From NCBI GenBank assembly GCA_010405405.1, contig MU004230.1, forward strand, positions 220,627 through 284,626: a DNA stretch of 64,000 nt. Direction: 5' to 3'. The notes under the pieces are model-generated. The model was not told where the DNA came from. It saw only the letters and a program-made list of their open reading frames with translations, and ran no database searches. The stretch's first letter is position 1. Every line of letters starts with the position of its first letter. The position numbers and the translations under genes were made by a program. This DNA comes from Microthyrium microscopicum (Eukaryota). Of the stretch, positions 52,371 through 64,000 are shown piece by piece.

Positions 52371-53978
52371 ATGTACAGCAAGACCATTTTGACCAGCGCG
52401 GCGTTGGTGGCTGCTGCTTTTGCACAAGGTCCACCAGGCGCACCAACCGGTCCAAAAGCCAAAACTACACATGGAGAGGTAATAGGCAAAGAGTTAGGTG
52501 GTGGAGTTAAGAATTGGATGGGAATTCCATTCGCTAGTCCTCCAGTGAGATTCATGCCTCCGCAAGATCCGCAGCCATGGAGCACTCCATTAGAAACTAC
52601 CAAGGAGAGTGATTCCTGCTTACAACAATTCGGATGTAAGGAAACAGTCGACTTGATCGAACATAAAGTTTACTGACCCCTTCTAGACCCCGAAGCATCT
52701 CGCAATCTGACCATCAAGATCTTCAGCACCCCAATGCCCAAGGAAAGCGAGGATTGTCTCTACCTCAATGTCTGGGCACCAGCTGGTCCAGCACCCAGCC
52801 AAGGCTTCCCCGTAATGTTCTACATCTACGGCGGTAACCTGCAATTCGGCCATGGCGCTCTTCCGCAGTACTCTGGCGAAAACATTGCCCGTGAGCGCAA
52901 CGTCGTTCTCGTCAACTTCAACTACCGTACCAACGTCTTTGGTTTCCCTGGGGCACCATCTCTCAAAAAGGGCGAGAACAATCTCGGCTTCCTTGACCAG
53001 CGCAAGGCTCTTGACTGGACTAACAAGAACATCAAAGCATTTGGCGGTGATCCAAAGAAAGTCACCATCTTTGGGGAGTCTGCTGGCGGCTTCAGCGTGA
53101 AGCAGCTTGTCGCGAATCCACCAGACCCATTACCATTCCGCGCTGCTATCATGCAGAGCCAGGCGGCGAGTGTGCGCGGCGGAGCAGAGTCGTTCTTGAA
53201 GTTGGCGAGTGCGCTCCACTGCAATACAACCATGGCGCTGGAATGCGTCAGACACGCAGACGCACGCGAAATCAAGAGTATCATCGAGCACCAGCGCATC
53301 GACTTTGGCCCACAGGAAGACGGCATTACGCATACCGTGGACACGCGCCCAAACTACAAGTCCGGCAAGGCCGCCAAAGTGCCTATCATCATCGGCACCA
53401 ACAAGAACGAAGGCAGTGCATTTGCACACATTGGTCTTGCCACGCCCAACACGACCCTCGAACAATTTCTAGGCGCGTTCGTACCCGGCGGTAAGCCAGT
53501 CGCAGAATTCGTGCTCAATGAAGTCAAGCCGCTTTACCCCTGGACACGATATCGCAGTGATGTCGCGTTAGCTGGTGCGATCTTCACTGACTTGGGATTC
53601 ACATGCGGTACCAATTTCCTAGCCACCTCACTCAGGGACAACGGATATACAGTCTACCGATACTTTTACACTGCTGCGTTCCCTTCGCAGGCCAAGTTTG
53701 AGAATGCTGGCGCATATCATAGCTCCGAAGTGGATGCGATTCTGGGCACGTATATGCCTACTATTCACGCGATGGATCGGGTGAGCAATGTGATCCAAAG
53801 CATCTGGTCAGGCTTTGCGAAGAACCCCAGCATGGCTCCTAGTGGCTGGCCGCAGCTGTCAACTACCTTTGACGCTGTCAAGGTGTTTGGCGACAAGGAG
53901 GACGGGATGACTACATCAGGAGAGGTAGACGTGAACTGTAAGGTGATAGGACCTTTGGTTGAAGGGACTGGTGTATAG
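52371..53978 (+). CDS. Secreted type-B carboxylesterase/lipase
   Basis: Signal peptide, GIPFASPP, SEDCLYLNVW, YGGNL, FGESAGG nucleophile elbow, NEG, AYHSSE; intron near 52636-52687. Confidence 0.95.
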
Positions 53979-54648
53979 ATACAGGTAGTAGTACCGTAGA
54001 TGTAGAATTACGGTGTCTTATTTCCTAGGTCACCCTTTTGAGATGCAACCCATCAACCTTTTTGGCTCCCATCTGCTACGCTCTGGTATCGACTACTTTG
54101 TTTCCCATCGAGTATGTAGAAGGAGCCAAAAATTATCGAATCAGATGGGGATTAGAGGGTATGTTCTTTATCAGGTGCGGTGGTAGACATCGAAGTCGAT
54201 GGGAGTGCGCCATGTATTTTTGTCAACCTCGTTGATATGCAATTCCATTGATTGGCAAGAGTCATGTGCTTGACTGGTACTCTATGCTCTCATCTACCTC
54301 GCTGACTGCCAACTACGATCCACTCCCATCGAGTGCTTTCGTTTCCATCGAAGGCGTTAAAAGGGACTGGATTGGCGAATGCCATGGCTGCGTAGATTCG
54401 AGTTGCAACCCGCTTCTGTTCAAAGCATGCTATATCTGTCGGTTCCCGTGAGGAATGCAACAAAACCCCTGGCAAATCTTGATAAACCATCTGCTAAACC
54501 ACTCAATCATATCTGTCCAAATCCATTGAGAACCATAGTCATAAATCCACCCGAAGCCTAGCGACTCTTGCACACAGCCCGGATGTAAGTAAGGCATACA
54601 GGCATTATAGCTGCGAGTAATGAGGTGGCTGTTCAGAAACAATGCTTC

Positions 54649-55617
54649 CTAATGGTCCTTGCGACTAGGAATTGCGTTTTCTCGGAACATATCGTGATCT
54701 CCCAGGGTTGAGACGCTGCGTACCAAGTAGACCTTGTTACAAGATTGGGAACAAGAAAGATGAGCCAGAATAGGAGAGTCACCCCGGCCAGCGATACACT
54801 GTTCAAGCTGAACAGTCTCATGTCGAAAAGTGAGGCTAAACGGCCAGTTCTCGTTTGGTTCTGCAGGATTCCATGACTTGAATTGTGTCCAACAAGCGTC
54901 GTTAAGCTTTTTGAAAAGCTGCCCGTACTTAGTGGGTGATATAGCATTGGGTATGATTGGAAGAGACCGGAAAAAGAATAAGTCCAAGCTGGGATTTCGT
55001 CTACTCGAGGCGACGTGGTCGTGATCTTCAGCTATGGATTGAAATAGCTCGATTATGTAGCATGCCTGAATGTCGAATGTAGCTGTACGAGAACCTGTAG
55101 CCCAAAAGTCCACGAACGTGTTCCTTTGATGAGAAATTGCGCTTTGGTGCCAAACAAATGCCCTCAAGCGGTGGAGCGTTTGAATGATGAAATGCTCCAC
55201 AGTCCAGAGTCTGGAATATCGACCAGTGTTTTGGTGTGTTGAACGATCAGACAATAGTATGGAAACGTCTGTAGCCACGAAGTGCAAATAACGCTCCACT
55301 TGAGGAAAGACTGAGCTTGCACCTGGCATTTTGATTCCATAATATCGACCCATGGCGTAGAAGAGCATGTTGATCAGTATGAACAATGGGCTTGCTTCGG
55401 CATAATCAAAATCCCCACGAAAGTTCCGACGCATCCCTTTTTCAGTAGACATGATGCGATAAATCTGAGCGTCATCCTTTCCTATAGGCTTAATCTGGTA
55501 ACCTTTCTTCATGATCTCTGTGAGCTTCGGTTCTTCATCGTCAGGGTCGTCGAACCCCTTATGCCTGGCAGTAGCTTGGGAAAAGGCCTTCCCGGGCTTA
55601 TATGGGAAAGAATACAT
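54649..55617 (-). CDS. Hypothetical protein bordering the RIP block
   Basis: 322-codon open frame with globular-like composition; no motif recognised; both ends uncertain. Confidence 0.55.
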   Translation of the reverse strand: MYSFPYKPGKAFSQATARHKGFDDPDDEEPKLTEIMKKGYQIKPIGKDDAQIYRIMSTEKGMRRNFRGDFDYAEASPLFILINMLFYAMGRYYGIKMPGASSVFPQVERYLHFVATDVSILLSDRSTHQNTGRYSRLWTVEHFIIQTLHRLRAFVWHQSAISHQRNTFVDFWATGSRTATFDIQACYIIELFQSIAEDHDHVASSRRNPSLDLFFFRSLPIIPNAISPTKYGQLFKKLNDACWTQFKSWNPAEPNENWPFSLTFRHETVQLEQCIAGRGDSPILAHLSCSQSCNKVYLVRSVSTLGDHDMFRENAIPSRKDH

Positions 55618-55909
55618 CTAACCCGTGGACAAGGAGGAAGATGCTCCTTTCGATCCTAAGGAAAGATGGTGGATGCAAATGATGTTACTCATGATCGCAA
55701 GTCTACAGAAATTTCGTCTAGCTTGGCGCTTCAGAACTCTGGTTGTCTAGAGTAAGTTTACCAAGTCCCTTGCCAATGATATTAGTTTCTGCGCTTCGAG
55801 ATGGACAACGGAGAATTCCACATTACTACTTCAACTGTCCTAGAATAAGGCTTTGCTTTTTTTAGCAAGTACGATGTCTGCCATCAGCGTTGATGGAGAG
55901 AATGCACTA

Positions 55910-57952
55910 ACGCCAAGCATAGGGATACTTGCCAACACAGAAACTTGCCACCCCAAAAAGCAGATCTTTACTAAATCTTGAAGTAGTAAATTAGCCATAA
56001 CTCAATCAATTTAAATGCAATTTAATTATTTTAAACATTTAAATAATCTATAACTTTGTCTATATCTTATACTGCTCTTTAAGCTTTTACTTAATATATT
56101 TTAGTACGTTCTATCTTCTTTTTAACCTCTAGATCTATAAATTACTAAGTTCCTAGAAATTTCTAAATAGTATATAATTTATTAGTAGAATCTATTTATT
56201 TTTTAACTAGTTTTTATTTCTTAGGTACCTTTAGTATTTCTATACGTTTATTTATAGTAGAAAGAGATACTATTATAAATACTAGATTTACTTCTAGTTT
56301 TATAATTCTACGCTTTAAATTAAAGTTTTTAGCTTATAAACTTTACTTAACTATTAAAGGCTTAACTAAGCTTAAAATTTAATTCTAAAGAAGCTAATTG
56401 CTAGTAATTTAGGTAGTATTTAACTCCTTTAGGTTATTTTATAAGTGTAAGGAGCTAACGGGCACGATTAGGCGAGCAGAAAGTAGCTAGTATTGTAGGA
56501 TCTAAGTACGAAGAGAAGAAATCTAGAGATGTAGCTACGGATGCAAAGATATAGGGCCTGGGGGATCCTTAGACACACTAACCCCAAACGGGATAAAGAG
56601 ATCTTATCTGTAAGATTAGATCTCTGCATCTAAACACTACAATACTAAACCTGTAAGGATTCCTTACAATAAGGTAAAATAAAAAGAAAGAGAAATTTTA
56701 TAATTTAAGGGCTAAATTCTAGCCTTTTAGAAGCTAGTAAAAATATTATCTTCTAAAATTATATCTAGATAAAGTTTATAATATAATATAATAAAGTCCT
56801 TTTAAGGAATAGTTAATTTATTAAATATATTATTAAATTTAGATAGTTCTTATTAATAAGCTATCTTAATAAGTCTAAAAATTCTAAGATCTAGAGGTTA
56901 TAAAATATATAAAGTATATAGTAAAATATATAATAAAATAATTTAATTTTCAAGGTAAGTATATATAAAGTAATAAGAATAGTATAATTTATAGTTATTT
57001 AGGATTAAAAGACGCTAAGTTTATCTTTATAATAGCTTAGTTTATAGTATAAAGACTTTATTAAGCTAATAGACTTTAATATTATTAAAAGTCTAACTAT
57101 TACTAGAATATATAAATCTTTAATCTTTATATTCTTTTAGATCTAGATAAGAGGAAAGCTAGGTTAACTATATATTTTTAATAATAAAGATAATTAGTAA
57201 ATTAATTTTTAATCTAGTAGCTAAAATAGCTTTAATTATAGTATTCTACTTTACTTTTAAAGGTTATTTTATAATTACCTTTCTAGCTTTATTTAAAGAG
57301 CTTATAATAACTACTTCTTAACTAGAATCGCCTATTTAGAGTCTAGATTTATTTATATTTTACTTATTTAATAAAGAAATATAGTATTCTTAGTAAAGCT
57401 TTTCTAGATAATTAAAGAAATAATTTATATTGCTTAATATATATACTTCTACTTAGTCTATTTTAACCTTTCTAGTAGGAATAGTTTTAAGAAAAGGGTA
57501 ATAATAAATAAAGTTTATATACTAGTTCTCTCTAAGTATAAACGAAAGTTTAGTAGTTTTTAATATCTTACTAGCTATAAGACAAATTTTAGTATAAGTA
57601 GGGGCCTATCTAGCTTAATTTTTAAGTAAAATCTAGTTTACTAGATATTTCTCTATATAAGGAGGCATTTTTTACTTAGATTTATAAGCTTTGTAATAAG
57701 ATTTTACTTTATTAAGTTATTCTTAAAGAGTAGGTTTAGAAACTCTAATTTTATATTTATACTCTTATAAAGTCTTAAATTCGCTATTATTCTAGCGTTT
57801 TAGGGTATTAGCAATTTCTTTAGGAGTAGTTTTTATTTTAAATTATTAAATTTAAAGCATTATTAAATAATTTATTATAGTTTGTAATTATCTAAATATA
57901 TTATAGTAGGGTAGCAAGTATCCCTATTAGTAAGTATCCCTATACTTAGCGT
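55910..57952 (-). mobile_element. RIP-inactivated Fot1/pogo-type (Tc1/mariner) transposon
   Basis: TA|ACG(C)YAAGYATAGGGATACTT TIRs at both ends with TA duplication. De-RIPed minus frame ~57014-56860 reads RLLILD.H.SH...C.EN.IILL..PHTSHILQPLD.GIFGP.K (DDE_1). About 1.8 kb once the nested LTR is removed. Confidence 0.92.
56446..56668. mobile_element. Solo LTR (223 bp) nested in the Fot1-like element
   Basis: TGTAAGGA...TCCTTACA termini with 5-bp target duplication ATAAG (56441-45, 56669-73); higher GC than the surroundings. Confidence 0.92.
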
Positions 57953-58007
57953 TATTAAAGTAAACTATATATTATACTAACTTCTTTAGATATTCTTAAT
58001 ATTATAC

Positions 58008-61000
58008 TAAGGTATAGGTTAGGTAACCTATTAAGGTTAACCTAATATATATAGATTCTTAATATTAGGTTAGGTTTTAAAAATATATTATAAAACCTAT
58101 ACCTAACCTAAGTAAGATAAAATTATTATAGATTAAACCTAAGGAACCTAAAGGACTTAAATTAAAGACCTATTAAATAAGGTTTATTTAGTATATAACT
58201 TATTTAGGTTATAAAGGAAGGGTTACTATACCTAATATAGTTAGTAAAAGCTAAGTAGATAGAAATAATCTAGTATATAAATTAAAAAGTTAGAAAAGTA
58301 TTAATTAAAATATTTAGTATAATATATAGATTAAACTATATATTAACTAACTACTACTACTAAAACCCTAATAACTAGTTTAAATCTTCTTCTTCTTACT
58401 AACCTTACTAAAGACTATATTTATTAGTAATTATTTTTACTTATTCTCTAATTCTTATTAAAAAGTAGACTTAAATATTAATTTATAAACTCTTTTACTA
58501 GTAGCTACTATAGATAGAAGCTTACTAATATCTTTTAGTAATTATTTATAAAAAGAGTTTTATATATTACTATCCTTTACTTTATTACTATTCTTATTAC
58601 TATCTAAATCTATACTATAGAATCTAGAAGAGGTTTTTAAGCTTATAGATTTACTAATACTAGTATCCTTAAGGTTTTCTTTTCTTTTAGTAAACCTAAA
58701 ACTAGTATTATTTTTATTATTAAAATTATCTTTACTAGCCTTATTTATATTCTTATCTAAAATATTATTATTCTTATCTAAATTATTTAAATTATTTTTT
58801 TTATTAGAAATAATAGATAACTTATCTAAATATTTATAATAAGTTATATAATTAAATATCTAATAGTATATAGTATTAAGATTACTAAAATAAATATAAT
58901 TAAGTAAGATATTTATAAGTTATTTTATAATTATATTAATATATTTTTTATATATATTAACCTTTACTTTAATTTTATTAAAACTACCTTAATAATCTAA
59001 AATATTAGCTATTAATTTAGTAAACTTATTATTATTATATTAGTAAAGTATATCTTATAATAATATAAAGTTATAAAATATCTAAAAAGAGTAAAAACGA
59101 TTATATTTAAATTAGTTATAAATAATAAAGAAAATATATTCTACTTTAACTTTAGTAGCTAGTATATAAAAATAATTATATACTATATAAGCTATTATTA
59201 GATAGAAGTTTAGATTATTATTTTCTTTCTATATAAAGAGAAAATTATTATTTTTTATAAATACTATTATTATATTAGTAAATTATAAATAATATAATAA
59301 TAAAGATATACTACTTTTAAAGTATTATATAAACTTATTAAATAAAAATAAGCTAGTTAAGCTATTATTTACTATAACGTTATTATTATCTATAATTAGT
59401 TCTATATTATTAGATTAAGTATTTAAATTACTATACTTCTTAAGCTAAACTTTATAAAGGTTTTTAATTATTACGTTATACTAAAATAAACTATTTAAAC
59501 TAGAGTAGTCTTTCTACTAAAGATTAATAAAGGTAAACTTAATTATATAAAGAGATAATAACTAACTAAAAGTATAAATATACTATAGTTAGATATTAGT
59601 TTATATTAAGTTAAAGTATACTTATAGTTTTCCTTAAGCCTCTTTTAGACTAGACTAAAGTTTACTTTACTAATATAGTTAAATACTTACTAATATATAT
59701 TTACCTAGAATAGCCTTTTTATTATTAATATATTAGAAGAGCTTTTAGAAATATAAAAGAACTTTATAAATAGATAGAGCCTTAGATTTATTAAGAATCT
59801 AAGTTATAGTATTAAATAGAGTAGTAAGCTAAACTAAATACTTAATATTAGTTTATTCTATATTAAATAGTATAAGAATTCTTACTTATTATTAATTCTT
59901 CTTTTTTTTAGCTTTATAAGCTTTAGTAATAAGGAAGTATATAAAGAGTATTTTAATAATTTAAAGGTAAAGTCTTATTATTATTATTAAGTCTTAGTAT
60001 ATTTTAATATCTTAAATTAGCTAAAGGTTACTATAAAGATTAAGGTTATTTTAATATTTATTAATAGAGTATAAATTAGATATTTAGGATTTATTAAAAT
60101 AAAAACTAGCTAAGTAAGTAAAGAACCTAAAGAGATATAGTTTAGAAAAGCTAATATACTTAGTAATACTATAAACTTAGACTATATTAGCTATTCTAAT
60201 TAATACTTTTTTAACTTACTAAAAATAAGAACTAACTTACTTTATATAAAGTAAGAGTAACTAAGCTATATTTTATAGTAAGTTTTCTTTTCTTTAAAAT
60301 ATCTTCTTTAATAAATATCTATTTAATTTCTTTATTTATAGACTTATAACTAAGATAAGAAAGTAAAGTACCTTATACTAGTTAAATAATATAAAATATA
60401 TAAAGAACTTAAATAATACTTATAATATATTTAAAGTATTAATATATATTTAATATAAGTACTATTATCTTATTATTACTAGCATTATTAACTATAATAA
60501 AGTAAACTTTTTTAATAATACTATATTAATTAAATATATTACTTATAAGTTTAGTATAAGCTTTACTTATAAACTTTTTAATAGTAGAAAGAAAGCTAAA
60601 AAGCTTCTTTTTCTATTCCTACTATAAAATAATTTATTATCTAATAATAGCTAAGTACTCTTTATAAGTAAAATTTAAAGACTACCTATTTAGCTAAATA
60701 CTAATATATATATTATTATTTAGCTAAATAAACTCTTTTCTTAACTTTATAAGATTAATTATAACTTATTTTATAACTTCTAAAGTAATAGTTTTCTATA
60801 AAGTAAATTAAGGTTAAATACCTAGTAGTATATAATAATTAATAACTTACTATATAAATTATAATTTAAATATACTAAGAAGAAGACTCTTAGCTATAAT
60901 TAAATATATTTATAAAGTAAGAAAATCTTATAATATAATCTTATATTTATTAAAGCTATAAATAGCTTTAAGCTTTATATTATATATCTATAAATATTAT

Positions 61001-61300
61001 AATTAGTAATAATATAGCGTAGTAAGAATTAAATATACTAGAGTTATAATTAATCTTATTTAATTAAGTATAATCTAATCTTTATTACCTTTAGCTATAG
61101 TAATATTATTATAATCCTAAAAAATAATATACTTATTAAATAATCTTTACCTAATAAAGGAAGTACTAGTATTATCTTTATAGAAATAATAATATTTAAG
61201 GAACTTATAATAATAAATATAGTAATAATAAGGCTAGCTAATAAACTTAAAAGTGCTTACTTATATACTATCCTAAATAGGGCTTTTTTTCCTACTATAC
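58008..61300 (-). mobile_element. RIP-inactivated hAT transposon (right boundary approximate)
   Basis: De-RIPed minus-strand motifs: LD.WSS...YLAIT..WI...W (~60700-60600), IT.DNASNNK (~60500-60465), YP..A.MARDYF.IPAT.V.VERIFS (~59210-59120). aggttaggt/acctaacct subterminal repeats at 58008-58240. Confidence 0.82.
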
Positions 61301-63499
61301 TAATAAGAATCTATTTATATAAGAATTAGCTTTTCTTAGTTAATAGTAAACTAGGATATAATTTACTACTAAGTTTAAAAATAATTATTAATATCCTTAC
61401 TTTATAAATATATTTTCTTTTCTTAATTACTAGATTCCTCTAATACTTTAAGTATTATATTAGAAATAGAAGAAATAAGTATTAATAAACTAGAAGATAA
61501 TATACTAATAGAAGAGTTTAGAATAGTACTATTAATAGTAGTACTCTTATCTTAGATAGTAAGTTATAATAATAAGAAAAAAGTTATTAAGCTAGCTTTA
61601 GATATAAAGAAATTAGAGGTAGAAGTAAAGAAAGATATAATTTAGAGTAGTATTAACTTTATTAAAAAAACTTAAGATTCTAAAGAAATAAAATTAATAA
61701 GTTAAAAAAGTATTAATTAAAAATTTAGTACTATTTATATTATCTTATAATACTATTTATAAAAACTTTTATTTATTCTTTCTTCTTTTTTAATATTAAT
61801 TAATTATACTCTATATTTTAATTATTTACTTTCTAATTACGCTAATTTAACTAATCTAGTAATTTAGGAAATAACTAATATAATATATTTCTTCTTCTAA
61901 CTTTTTATATTACTATACTATTAAACTCTTTCTTAATCTATTATATTTTTTAGCTTTTCTTAGAACTACTTAGCTTAGTCTTCTTTCTTTAAAAGTAATT
62001 CTATAAACTAGAAATTTATAAAGTTATTCTTTTATATAATCTATACTTAGTCTAGTTATTACTAGTAGTTAGCTATTTTATCTTTCTTAACTAATATATC
62101 TATTAAAAAGTAATACTAGTTTTACTTAGGTAGTTATAATATACTATATAGAATATACTAAATTTAAAAATTATTTCTATAATTAACTTTATTATACTAC
62201 TTAATATAATATTTAAACCTTAAAATAAGAATATCTTAATAGCTTATTAATCTCTATATTTAATTTAAAAAAATAATATACTAATTAATTTTTATTATAT
62301 TTTTTCTATTATAATAATAAAAAATACTATTTAAATTAATTTACTTATATTTTTATATTTAAATAATAATTAAATAGTAAAGAATATTTTAGTCTAAAAA
62401 TAATTATAAGGCTAAAGATAAGTAACTAAAGTATTCCTTACTTTAATTATTTTTAGTTATAAAGGTTATACTACTAAAAAAAATTAAGACTATTATTAGT
62501 AGTTATTTAAAGAGTATTACTACTAAAGTACTTACTAAAAAATAATAATTAGCTACTTATAGATTATATAATACTTTTATATTAGAAAGTTTTAGAACTA
62601 TAATTTTAAAGAATAAATAAGTATAAATATTAATAGTAAAAGATATAAGTAGTATTATTATTATTATAATAATTTAAGTTTATACTATTTATACTAACTA
62701 AAAATATTTATAATAGATTCTTTAAAGTTTATTATATAAGAGTATATAATTATAGTAGTAAGAGTTTACTTAATATAATAAAATAACTTCTACTATAATT
62801 TATTCTTAAGATTTACTACTTAAGAAAGTAGTAAGATAAATATAAATACTACTAAAAATTTAGTAAAGAAAAGAAGATAAAAAAATAATAATAAGTAAAA
62901 TCTAAAATAAAAAGTAGAATTAATATTATAACTTAAATAAACTTATAAAAATTAGAAAGTTATATAGACTTAAAAAGTTTAAAGTTATAGTCTTAAAGTA
63001 TAATTATATTTAGTAATAGTATATAGATAATTTATTATAAAAAGTTAAAAGTAATAAAATTTATTAAGATTAATATTTTATAATTAAGGCGTATTAAACT
63101 TTATATTAATATTAAGCTACTATTAAGGCTAAGTTTTAGAAAGTTATAAAAATATTAATTAGAATTTAAAAAGTTTATTATAGCTTCTACTTTCTAAAAT
63201 ATTTATTTATTATAGTATTTTTCTTTTATTAGTTTAAATTAAGTTTTATTAAATTAAAGGCTAATATTCTAAATATTCTTATTTACTATAGGCTATAAAT
63301 TATTCTATAGCTTACCCTATTAAGTTATTTACTTTTTTTAATTAGTTATTATATAATCTACACTTTATTAATCTTTATTATATTATTTTAACTTATTTTA
63401 TTATTTTAATATAACTATATTCTTCTTAACTTTATTTACTTATTTTTTAGAATTTCTTTCTTAATCTTAAATCTTTTATAATCTTTATACTTATTTTTA

Positions 63500-63810
63500 T
63501 TACCTTTTTTTTATCTACTTATAATCTTATTTTTTTCTTCTTACTTACTTATAATCTTATACTCTTTTTTATATACTATACTTTTCTTTATTACTTTTTT
63601 TTAATCTACTTATAACTTTATACTCTTTTTTACTTACTATACTCTTTTTTATTCTTTTCTTCTAATCTATTTATAACCTTATACTTCTTTTTATTTATTA
63701 TACTCTTTTTTATTCTTCTCTTTTAATTTACTTATAACTTTATACTTTTCTTTACTTATTATACTTTACTTTATTATCTTCTTTATATCTATTTATAACT
63801 TTACTTTTTT
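63500..63810. repeat. Degenerate ~60-bp tandem repeat inside the RIP block
   Basis: tctayttataac(t/c)ttatac... recurs at about 63605, 63665, 63726 and 63788. Confidence 0.7.
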
Positions 63811-64000
63811 ACTTTCTTTCTATTTACTTTTTTTCTATTAATAAAAGTAAGTTATAAAACTTTTACTACCTATTTTATAACTTTTTATTCTTATTCTTTA
63901 TATATTTTTAGTATTATTAAATAAATATTATTATTTAAGTTATTTTTTTTGCTAATATTCTTTATAAATAATAATATTAGTAATAAAGAAAAAAATATAT

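Larger units (their letters stand above)
55910..64000. other. AT-rich RIP-mutated transposon block running off the window end
   Basis: No ORF of 60 aa or more in the track; visible CpA/TpG depletion and TpA excess; nested TE relics. Confidence 0.95.

Noticed and set aside
44200..64000. AT-rich blocks as mitochondrial insertions, horizontally acquired DNA or centromere
   Set aside because: TpA excess, CpA loss, TIRs and transposase relics explain them as RIPed TEs; centromere status cannot be judged from this window

Overview
Eukaryotic sequence from a filamentous ascomycete (Pezizomycotina), judged from short GT-AG introns with CTAAC/CTGAC branch sites and clear repeat-induced point mutation (RIP). 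About 1-55.9 kb is gene-rich, with a HECT E3 ligase end, an RraA-like aldolase, a Zn2Cys6 factor, a kinase, MCU, a giant disordered protein, Sed5, a PA-RING ligase, Tvp23, a GH3 glucosidase, a LysM protein, an Apd1-like protein, an RCC1-repeat protein and a carboxylesterase. One RIP-inactivated PIF/Harbinger-type transposon (44.2-47.5 kb) interrupts this region. From 55.9 kb to the end is an AT-rich RIP graveyard: a Fot1/pogo element with a nested solo LTR, then a hAT element. Most notable: (i) a 4-exon chimeric gene with a HeLo/SesA-like N-terminus, ubiquitin-like domain, Zn ribbon and a PP4R3/Psy2-like EVH1 domain split by a Som1-like segment, next to a divergent kinase and a tiny Cys-rich gene; (ii) a dispersed, un-RIPed family of CCATCG-N4-CGATGG hairpin elements found as large inverted repeats, solo copies and an intronic 19-bp tandem array; (iii) two ORFs that join by one intron into a ~3,100-aa protein with a possible short isoform. 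All family assignments come from motif recognition by eye, not database searches.
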